Below, in pieces: positions 56,641 to 64,000 of a DNA stretch of 64,000 bases (within the stretch, counting starts at the first letter, position 1; each line of letters starts with the position of its first letter). A model generated the notes under the pieces. That model was not told where the DNA came from. It ran no database searches and saw only the letters and a list, made by a program, of their open reading frames with translations. Source of the DNA: Saprospiraceae bacterium (lineage in GTDB: Bacteria > Bacteroidota > Bacteroidia > Chitinophagales > Saprospiraceae); the NCBI GenBank assembly GCA_037968695.1, contig JBBKWA010000157.1, forward strand, positions 3,590 to 67,589, given 5' to 3'. The position numbers were made by a program, and so were the translations under genes.

Positions 56641-58979
56641 TTGTAGTTCCAGGTTATGGAGGGTATGATTGGAAATATGGAAACTTTATATGCCTTAATC
56701 GTTGCGGTACCTGCCTGCAGATTTGAGTCGTAATCTGTATAAATAAAAAAGGTGTTTTTTCTATTATATGCGTTGTAAACAGAAAAAACCCAATGCGATC
56801 TAAAAGCTTTTTTACTATCCGGCCGAGGGGTATATGTAAGTGAAACGTCCATTCGATGATAAGGTTCGAGGCGCTGGCTGTTTCTCGGACCGTAGTCTGT
56901 TTGAAACTCTCCCTCGATCAGGTAAATACTCTGCGGTGGCGTAAAAGATTTTCCTGTGGCGTAAACAAATACAAATCCTCCGGTCAGCTTACGGCTAAAC
57001 TTATAATTTGCGACCACACTAAGATCATGTGTCCTGTCATAAGTTGTTGGATATGTTCTTCCATTTTCAATATCCGGAAACGTCCTTGTTGCCTTACTAA
57101 GCGTATACCCAATCCAACCGTTAAGATTTCCTTTATTCTTTCGAATAAAAAACTCAGTACCATAAGCTTCTCCTTCCCCAAAAACAAATTCGGTTTCCAC
57201 CTCCTGAACACTATTATCTACATAACTCTCGCGATAATCAATTTGATTTTTCAGTGATTTATAATATACCTCGATGGAGGCTTCATACATGTTTTTATTA
57301 AGATTCTGAAAATAGCCCGCTGCGTATTGCCAGCCTCTTTGCGGGTCCACCAACTCAGAACTTGGCACCCATACATCCGCCGGCAATGTTGAGGTACTAT
57401 TACTTACCAAATGCAGGTATTGCGTGGTTGATGTGATTCCTGCTTTAAAGGAGGCATTGGGCGTAATTGTAGTCGTTAAAAAGACTCTTGGCTCCAATGA
57501 TGAAAATGTCTTTACTACTTCTCCTGTTTTGTATACACGGCCCGATTGGTCTGAAGTATATGGACCTACTTGTTGAAACATGGTTCCTCTTAAGCCAAGA
57601 TTGATTCGAAATCTGGGACTGATGCGCCAATCATCCTGAAGATAGAGCGCATACTCATTTCCATATTTTGGGGTAACCGTCGATTCAAAATCAACATCGC
57701 CGGAGGACCCAGTAACGACATTGGGCGATAATTTGTGATTGGTAGCATGTAAGCCCCACTTAAGCTGATGCTCGTTGGAAGGAAAAAAGTGAAAATCAAA
57801 TTTAGCAGTATAATCTATTACACCAGAGGCAACTTGAAATTGGAATTCCTCTTGCGAAAAGCTGGCCTTGAAGTTATAGTCATTATATATTGCGGACAAA
57901 TTGAAAAACAGCTTATCGTTAAACAAGTGATTCCATCTTAAGGTGGCTGTTCCATTGCCGTACGGTAGTTTGAAATTAAAATCTCTTCCAGATTGTGCAA
58001 ACGTTAATACATCCCGTCCGATATACCCACTCAGGTATAGCCTGTCTTTCTGCGAAAACTGATAATTTATTTTCGCATTAAAGTCGTAGAAAAAATAATT
58101 TGTTCCTGCAAAATCAGTCTTATTAATAGCGGGCTGAGCAAGATCAAATCCATAGGTACGTCGACCACTGAGCAAGAAGCTTCCTTTATCCTTAACGATA
58201 GGACCTTCCACCGTTGCTCGCGCAGAAATAGAGCCAATTCCCCCTTCGGTTTGGAATTGTTGATTATTTCCTTCTTTCATTTGGATATCCAGTACGGAGG
58301 ATAATCTTCCACCATAGACAGCCGGAATACCTCCTTTGATCAATGTTGTATTTTTGATTGCATCCGCATTAAATACACTGAAAAACCCAAGAAAATGTCC
58401 GCTGTTATAGACTACTGCTTCATCCAATAAAACCAGATTTTGGTCTGCCCCACCTCCACGAACATAAAACCCGGCACTCCCTTCTCCGGCAGAAGAAACA
58501 CCCGGTAATAACTGAATAGTTTTAAGAATATCGATTTCCCCAAACAGGGCAGGTAATACTTTAATTTGTTCGATCGGCAATGTCACCCTGCCCATAGATG
58601 TACTTTCTACATTATCGTCCTCTTCCTGTGCATTTTCCGTAATAACAATCTCCTCCATTTCGACACCCTGACTAAGATTGATATTCAAGTTTAGATTAGC
58701 ATTCAAGTTTCGCTCTTCAACTATGGATTGGTAACCCAAGTAAGAAAACACAATTCGCTGTGTGCCTTCAGGAATGGTAATTGAATAGAAACCATAAGTA
58801 TTCGTTACGGTCCCTATAGCTACATCATTCTCAAGAAATACGTTAGCGCCTATAAGCGTTTCTCCCGATCGATTATCCTTCACGTAACCGCTCACAGTGT
58901 ATTGCTTCTGTGAATATCCCAGAAAGCAGAAGAAGCAAAAAATCAGACTAATTAAGCCTCGTGTATAACATTCTCTCAT
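56631..58979 (-). CDS. TonB-dependent receptor with carboxypeptidase-regulatory-like N-domain
   Basis: 782 aa. SGYVKDNRSGETLIGANVFL, plug (GFYVRGGGADQNLVLLDEAVVYN), long barrel, C-terminal aromatic residues. Confidence 0.8.
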   Translation of the reverse strand: MRECYTRGLISLIFCFFCFLGYSQKQYTVSGYVKDNRSGETLIGANVFLENDVAIGTVTNTYGFYSITIPEGTQRIVFSYLGYQSIVEERNLNANLNLNINLSQGVEMEEIVITENAQEEDDNVESTSMGRVTLPIEQIKVLPALFGEIDILKTIQLLPGVSSAGEGSAGFYVRGGGADQNLVLLDEAVVYNSGHFLGFFSVFNADAIKNTTLIKGGIPAVYGGRLSSVLDIQMKEGNNQQFQTEGGIGSISARATVEGPIVKDKGSFLLSGRRTYGFDLAQPAINKTDFAGTNYFFYDFNAKINYQFSQKDRLYLSGYIGRDVLTFAQSGRDFNFKLPYGNGTATLRWNHLFNDKLFFNLSAIYNDYNFKASFSQEEFQFQVASGVIDYTAKFDFHFFPSNEHQLKWGLHATNHKLSPNVVTGSSGDVDFESTVTPKYGNEYALYLQDDWRISPRFRINLGLRGTMFQQVGPYTSDQSGRVYKTGEVVKTFSSLEPRVFLTTTITPNASFKAGITSTTQYLHLVSNSTSTLPADVWVPSSELVDPQRGWQYAAGYFQNLNKNMYEASIEVYYKSLKNQIDYRESYVDNSVQEVETEFVFGEGEAYGTEFFIRKNKGNLNGWIGYTLSKATRTFPDIENGRTYPTTYDRTHDLSVVANYKFSRKLTGGFVFVYATGKSFTPPQSIYLIEGEFQTDYGPRNSQRLEPYHRMDVSLTYTPRPDSKKAFRSHWVFSVYNAYNRKNTFFIYTDYDSNLQAGTATIKAYKVSIFPIIPSITWNYKWQ

Positions 58980-59074
58980 ACTCAGTTAATCAAAACGTTT
59001 TTCATCTCTTCTTGTTACAAAATTTCATAAAAAATTATGTTTCAAATTACTTATCAGGTTGAAATCCGTAAATG

Positions 59075-59845
59075 TTAGAGAATAACAGGTCGCACAAGCC
59101 AGTTCTTCTTGCGCAATGCAGATATCAAGCCTGATTTGCCGCTTAAGTGCCCTGCGCCTATAGCGATAAAGTATCGCTGACCAGGATCGAAAGAAGCGAT
59201 CCTTTCCACCATTCGCCTGTTTCTTGAATAGATGATACGCTTGCGTAAATGCTGCATAGATTTTTTGGTAAGTTCATACAATGCATGAATTTTCCCTTGC
59301 ACATAGAGATCCAGCGTTTTATTTGTGAACTTTCGTATCAGACTTGGGCGAGCACCAACCTCTTTGATCTGTCCATATAATTTATCAGGAGCTATTGAAT
59401 GCAAAAGGGATACCTGTTCATCTACCGTTTCTAACCCGATGGTCGTTAAATTGTTTGTCTTGGCATAATTCCACAATTGCTCATCGAGTGAAATCGAATG
59501 GTCTTTTTGAAGCACCTGGTGCGTCAATGCACTCATGATGAGTAAAGGGTGCATTTGACTATAATGATCAATATTTAAATTAAACGACTTTACTAATTGC
59601 TTTTTCAGTTTGCGATAAGCATCCGGTCTAAAATGCTGTTGCATGGCATAAGCCGGACCTGCTGACAGGGAGCCAATTGATCCCAAATCCATTTCACCCA
59701 CGTAAACATCTACCTGATCGATAAATGGATAGAGTCGGCTACAAAATTGATACGCTCTATCATCTCTGATGTGCATCGTTCCGAATAGAAATGAAGAGAC
59801 TCCCTCAGGAGACTGGATGGACCACAACAACGATGAATTACTCAA
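59075..59845 (-). CDS. TraB/GumN family protein
   Basis: LFGTMHIRD N-terminal block and AIGAGHLSGKSGL C-terminal block are typical of the family. Confidence 0.65.
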   Translation of the reverse strand: MSNSSLLWSIQSPEGVSSFLFGTMHIRDDRAYQFCSRLYPFIDQVDVYVGEMDLGSIGSLSAGPAYAMQQHFRPDAYRKLKKQLVKSFNLNIDHYSQMHPLLIMSALTHQVLQKDHSISLDEQLWNYAKTNNLTTIGLETVDEQVSLLHSIAPDKLYGQIKEVGARPSLIRKFTNKTLDLYVQGKIHALYELTKKSMQHLRKRIIYSRNRRMVERIASFDPGQRYFIAIGAGHLSGKSGLISALRKKNWLVRPVIL

Positions 59846-59871
59846 TAAAAAATAGGTTAAACAGCCCTGAA

Positions 59872-60348
59872 CTATGACTTATAACTTAATGGCAAAACCT
59901 TCTTATTCTTAACAGTGGAAAGGGTCATAAGGGTCTTTAATCGCTCCACTTCAGGGATTTGAGATAACACATTAAACAAGAGATCCTGATAGGCTTTCAG
60001 ATCCTTGCACATCACCTTCAACAGAAAATCACCATCTCCGGTAATGATAGTACACTCTACTATTTCGTCGATGTCATTGACATGCTGAAGAAAGTTTGCT
60101 GATGCTTTCTCTTTATGCCACCCAATATTCACCAGAATATAGGTCATGACATTCAGTCCTAAAGCTATAGGATCCACCACAGCGTGATAGCTTTTGATAA
60201 TTCCGTTTTTCTCAAGCTTTTTAACGCGCTCCAAAGTCGGCGCTGGAGATAATCCAATTCGTTTCGACAAGCTTAAGTTTGTGATATTACTATCCTCCTG
60301 CAATATCTTTAAAATCAAATAATCGGTCTTATCCAGATCCTCGGTCAT
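59872..60348 (-). CDS. Lrp/AsnC family transcriptional regulator
   Basis: 158 aa with an N-terminal HTH (LDKTDYLILKILQEDSNITNLSLSKRIGLSPAPTLERVKKLEKNGIIK) and a C-terminal RAM-type domain. Confidence 0.85.
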   Translation of the reverse strand: MTEDLDKTDYLILKILQEDSNITNLSLSKRIGLSPAPTLERVKKLEKNGIIKSYHAVVDPIALGLNVMTYILVNIGWHKEKASANFLQHVNDIDEIVECTIITGDGDFLLKVMCKDLKAYQDLLFNVLSQIPEVERLKTLMTLSTVKNKKVLPLSYKS

Positions 60349-60391
60349 ATGGCAATCAGTTTATTTTTCTTAGTAAGAAGCATCAATAGTA

Positions 60392-61822
60392 TTATGGGAA
60401 AATTCCTAAACGAACATAATCACCGGAAATTTTATTTAAAGCACAAACGAAAGCTGCAGATCGCAGATCTTCTATATTCTTTTTGCGTTTAAATATTTCC
60501 CTGATTTCATCATAAGCGTTTACCATGGTGTCCTCCAGGCCTGAGCGAACTAAATCAATTTCATCGGCACCGTGCGTCAACATATCTTTTTCCTTATCAC
60601 CAACACTGTGCCCGGTAAGTCTTTCTACTGTAGACAACAAATTCCTTAATGATTGCTCCTGAAATCGTTTTTCCATTCTTCCAAAACGCATATGAGACAG
60701 GTTTTTCAACCATTCGAAATAGGAGACGGTTACCCCACCTGCATTAAGGTACATGTCAGGTAATATGATCACCCCTTTCTTGATAAGAATTTCAGCAGCT
60801 CTTGATGTTACAGGACCATTCGCAGCCTCGGCAATAATTTTTGCCTTGACTTTCTTGGCGTTAGAAATAGTTATTTGATTTTCCAATGCCGCCGGTACTA
60901 AAATATCACATTCGATGCCCACCCAATCTTCGCGAACACCAAGTGTTTTTGTGCCTGGAAATCCGAGGATACTTCCTTTATCCTTTCTGTATTTAATGAG
61001 CCTTTCAATATTAATCCCTTTATCGCCGGTACTCACAATAGTCCCTTCCATTTCGGAAACACCAATGATTTTAACACCTCCTTCATCCTCTGAAATCGTC
61101 CCGGTATATGAACCTACATTTCCCAACCCTTGAATAACCATGGTTTTTCCACCGATTCCAGGTTCCATCCCAATTGCAGTAGCATCTTCCTTGTAGGATA
61201 AAAACTGACGAATACCATAATAAACGCCACGTCCTGTCGCCTCTGTTCTTCCTCTGATTCCACTTTGAGCAACTGGTTTGCCGGTCACACAAGCACTGGC
61301 ATCTATTTCTCCATGACTAAAGGTGGAATAGGTGTCCGCAATCCATGCCATTTCGCGACTCCCCGTACCATAGTCAGGAGCAGGGACATCAAGGCCAGGA
61401 CCGATAAAGTTCTTACGTATAAGTTCTGTGGTGTATCGTCTGGTGATTTTTTCGAGTTGTGCCTCATTATACTTTCTTGGACTAATCTTGACGCCTCCTT
61501 TGGCGCCACCAAACGGCACGTCCACTAATGCACATTTATAACTCATAAGTGCTGCAAGCGCCATGACTTCATCACGATTTACGAGATGACTAAAGCGTAT
61601 TCCTCCTTTTGTTGGAAGCCTGTGATGACTATGCTGCACTCTGAAAGCCTCAATCACCTGATATTGATTACCAATCTTAACAGGAAATGTCACTTCATAA
61701 ACGGCATTGCATACTTTGATCTGCTCCAGAAGTCCTTTTGGGATACTTGTATGGGCAGCAGCTTTGTCAAAATTTCGATTGACACTCTCAAAGAAACTGA
61801 GATGCTTTACTGAATTACTCAT
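60392..61822 (-). CDS. gdh: Glu/Leu/Phe/Val dehydrogenase family, probable glutamate dehydrogenase
   Basis: Catalytic block VPFGGAKGGVKI, and dinucleotide fold VIQGLGNVG. Confidence 0.85.
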   Translation of the reverse strand: MSNSVKHLSFFESVNRNFDKAAAHTSIPKGLLEQIKVCNAVYEVTFPVKIGNQYQVIEAFRVQHSHHRLPTKGGIRFSHLVNRDEVMALAALMSYKCALVDVPFGGAKGGVKISPRKYNEAQLEKITRRYTTELIRKNFIGPGLDVPAPDYGTGSREMAWIADTYSTFSHGEIDASACVTGKPVAQSGIRGRTEATGRGVYYGIRQFLSYKEDATAIGMEPGIGGKTMVIQGLGNVGSYTGTISEDEGGVKIIGVSEMEGTIVSTGDKGINIERLIKYRKDKGSILGFPGTKTLGVREDWVGIECDILVPAALENQITISNAKKVKAKIIAEAANGPVTSRAAEILIKKGVIILPDMYLNAGGVTVSYFEWLKNLSHMRFGRMEKRFQEQSLRNLLSTVERLTGHSVGDKEKDMLTHGADEIDLVRSGLEDTMVNAYDEIREIFKRKKNIEDLRSAAFVCALNKISGDYVRLGIFP

Positions 61823-62069
61823 TCTTAAACCTTTTTTCTAGTGTAGAAATTTTTCTATCAAGTTGATATAAATATACAAACAGGGCTATCAGGATGACCA
61901 GACATACGCCAGCCACAACATAGATTTTCCCAATACTACTCATGAAGTCGGCGGTAACAACCCCTTCTGCCTGAGCAGTTTGAGCAACTGCCAGTAGTAC
62001 AACAAAAAATAAAACCTTAAGATGCTTCATATGCACAAATCGTCCATAAATATGATAAGATTTATTCAA
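61815..62069 (-). CDS. CcmD-like small membrane protein (alternative CcmD family)
   Basis: Single C-terminal TM followed by a charged tail (YQLDRKISTLEKRFKNE), directly downstream of ccmC. The real start may be the ATG at 62030 (MKHLKVLFFV, signal-like). Confidence 0.5.
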   Translation of the reverse strand: MNKSYHIYGRFVHMKHLKVLFFVVLLAVAQTAQAEGVVTADFMSSIGKIYVVAGVCLVILIALFVYLYQLDRKISTLEKRFKNE

Positions 62070-63142
62070 CTTCCTAACTTTCGTTTTAGCTTTTCCGTTC
62101 TATATACCAATTGGCTAATCCAAATGCCCAACATAATAAATCCGATAACTGCCGGATAAAACACCATGCGCATTGTATTATCAAGGTCTTCACCTCCTAA
62201 AGCAGGGTTTCCTCCATTCCCAGGGTGAAGACTGTCCGTCATTCGTGGAATGATAAAAAGCAGCGGTATAAGCAAAGCAAAGGCGAACATATTATAACCT
62301 GCAGTCAATCTTGCTTTTTGCATATCATCTTCTACGGAAGAGCGCATCACCATCAACGCAGCATAAATCAGAAGCGCAATGGCTGACATATTTTGCTTCA
62401 CATCCCAACTCCAATAAGCATTCCATGTATTCTTAGCCCAGAGCATCCCCGTCACCAATCCAAGAATGCCAAATAATAAGCCCACTTTTATAAAAGCAAC
62501 ACTTTTTTGATCAAAATCTATATCCCCTTTTCGGTAGTAGCGCAAACTATACCAGGCACTTACAGCAAACAATAAGATCATGGCAAACCACATCGGCACA
62601 TGGAAATAGGTATTGCGAATGGTTTCCGATAGTATATTCCTAAATGGAAACTGAATGCCCGCCTTTTCATGCACCCGCTCCACTTTGTTTTCAAACCACA
62701 ATGACATCTCAGCAGGGTTTTGGATTTCGGCCGGAACTGCAAAGACAGCATTAGGCAAAACACTCGTCCCATCAGTGTCATGATCGAGGATTAAGGTCAA
62801 TGGATAAGCCTCCTGGCGCATTGGAAAAACGGAAGGGATATAAAAAGTCGCTGTCAGCCTTCGGTTATCCCACACTTGCACGTGCTGCGCCAGCAGTACA
62901 GTATCTCCGGTTAGTCTCAACCAGGCCCTTACCTGGGCCGTATCGGATACATAGGATGAATTGTAGCCTGTTACTTCCAGCACTACGGACTCCCCTGCTA
63001 TGGCTTTTTCAGGCGTGACTTTTATGATACCCGGCTTTAGGGGGACCAACCAACCTGCAATAAAAACGTAAATCAAAATGAGCATTGATGCCCATTTCCA
63101 TGGTGCCAGTCCGAATATTGTATTTGAAGCGGTATCCTTCAT
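62066..63142 (-). CDS. ccmC: CcmC-like heme exporter / cytochrome c assembly protein with extra N-terminal periplasmic domain
   Basis: Trp-rich WAKNTWNAYWSWDVKQ motif with flanking HVP and HPG histidines. I prefer the ATG at 63142 (MKDTASN), which lies 1 nt after the ccmB stop. The track ORF extends to 63190. Confidence 0.7.
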   Translation of the reverse strand: MKDTASNTIFGLAPWKWASMLILIYVFIAGWLVPLKPGIIKVTPEKAIAGESVVLEVTGYNSSYVSDTAQVRAWLRLTGDTVLLAQHVQVWDNRRLTATFYIPSVFPMRQEAYPLTLILDHDTDGTSVLPNAVFAVPAEIQNPAEMSLWFENKVERVHEKAGIQFPFRNILSETIRNTYFHVPMWFAMILLFAVSAWYSLRYYRKGDIDFDQKSVAFIKVGLLFGILGLVTGMLWAKNTWNAYWSWDVKQNMSAIALLIYAALMVMRSSVEDDMQKARLTAGYNMFAFALLIPLLFIIPRMTDSLHPGNGGNPALGGEDLDNTMRMVFYPAVIGFIMLGIWISQLVYRTEKLKRKLGS

Positions 63143-63143
63143 C

Positions 63144-63794
63144 TTAAGAGCGCCAAAGATAGGGAAACAACCATAGGGACAAGCCCACAATCAGGGAAAT
63201 AATACCTGAAAGCATCATGAATTCATTCCAGGGATTGTCATCCGGCGTGGTTCCCGTAGCATACGCAGTCAATCTAAGTATATTGATCAAAAGGGGTATC
63301 ATTAATGGGAGTCCCATAACAGCAGTAAGAGAAGCATTTTGCTGTGTCTTGATGGCAATGGAAGTAATAAAGGTCAATAAAAATGATAGTCCTATACTCG
63401 ACATCAACCCTGTAGCGAAAAACCAATTGAACCGCAACACCTGATTACCGGCCATCACGGATAAAGTGAACCAAAGCACAAGAAAGATAAACAAGAGCAA
63501 AACAAGGTTATACAGCGCCTTGGCAACAAAAAGCTCCAAAGGATGGTATAAGGTGTAAAAATAGAAATACCGACCCTCGCTTTCTCTCCCAAAAGTTTTC
63601 AGGACTGCCATGAGCGAACAAAACAGAAAAATCACCCAGAAAGTGAGCCCCCATTCCTTCGGCGGTAATTGACGCCAGATGGAAAAGACAATAAAAGCGG
63701 CCGAAAGCACATATAATATAATACCCGATAAGGCGTATCGCTCGCGAAGCTCAATGCGGGCTTCTGTGGCCACTAATGTCCAGATTCGGTTCAT
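63144..63794 (-). CDS. ccmB: heme exporter protein CcmB-like permease
   Basis: 216 aa with six hydrophobic helices, immediately upstream of the ccmC-like gene. N-terminal E.R.E.R..Y pattern as in CcmB. Confidence 0.65.
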   Translation of the reverse strand: MNRIWTLVATEARIELRERYALSGIILYVLSAAFIVFSIWRQLPPKEWGLTFWVIFLFCSLMAVLKTFGRESEGRYFYFYTLYHPLELFVAKALYNLVLLLFIFLVLWFTLSVMAGNQVLRFNWFFATGLMSSIGLSFLLTFITSIAIKTQQNASLTAVMGLPLMIPLLINILRLTAYATGTTPDDNPWNEFMMLSGIISLIVGLSLWLFPYLWRS

Positions 63795-63943
63795 AGGCCT
63801 GTAAAGATAGCAGGTATCATCATGGACCGCAATGAAAATGTTAAATGGCCGATATTGAGGAGGAAGTTCGGTTCCTAATCGATCAAAAGGCTGAAAAAAT
63901 CAGGCTTTAAAATAATTTGATATTAAATAATATAATAATGTGT

Positions 63944-63951
63944 TACATTTG
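63944..63951 (+). promoter_or_regulatory. candidate -7 promoter element TACATTTG ahead of an ORF starting at 63974 (runs off the window)
   Basis: Exact TAnnTTTG match 23 nt upstream of ATGAAAGGCGCA. Only 9 codons are visible, so no CDS is called. Confidence 0.25.
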
Positions 63952-64000
63952 TCATAATCAATGCTTTAACTAAATGAAAGGCGCAATCACCCCCCTACTC

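Noticed and set aside
1-64000. Defence island, prophage or conjugative element
   Set aside because: I recognised no integrase, transposase, recombinase, restriction-modification, Cas, reverse transcriptase, toxin-antitoxin, phage structural or tra genes. Gene content is dominated by conserved housekeeping and envelope functions.

Overview
This looks like an ordinary chromosomal, mostly housekeeping segment of a Bacteroidota genome, possibly Saprospiria- or Cytophagia-like. Phylum-level clues: gldC, a T9SS C-terminal sorting domain, TonB-dependent receptors with carboxypeptidase-regulatory N-domains (one followed by a DUF4249-type lipoprotein), TAnnTTTG -7 promoter motifs, and an alternative CcmD. 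I support about 55 CDSs, including glgC (partial), yidC, gpsA, topA, lpxB, surE, lpd, smc, mutS2, aroC, trxA, sppA, dapB, dnaG, skp, an lptF/G-type permease, gdh and ccmBCD. There are also three TonB-dependent receptors, a large reprolysin-like metalloprotease with 10 PKD domains, one TPP riboswitch and several rho-independent terminators. I saw no rRNA, tRNA, CRISPR array, integrase, transposase, reverse transcriptase or recognisable defence or toxin genes. I cannot honestly claim a new multi-gene system. The only sequence not explained by ordinary genes is three long ORF-free blocks (27120-27795, 29180-29656, 44971-45702). They are built from a shared vocabulary of short repeats: a ~53-nt composite element in 3-4 copies, 16-nt TTCCGCT..AGCGGAA palindromes, runs of CGCAGA and TAAAC words, and C+T-rich CTTCYGCC arrays. 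Two of the blocks bracket a three-gene islet (YkuK-type RNase-H-like protein plus two small envelope proteins) between smc and mutS2. That repeat family is my best candidate for something undescribed, but it may simply be a genome-wide REP/MITE-like filler. All product calls rest on motif recognition by eye; no searches were run.
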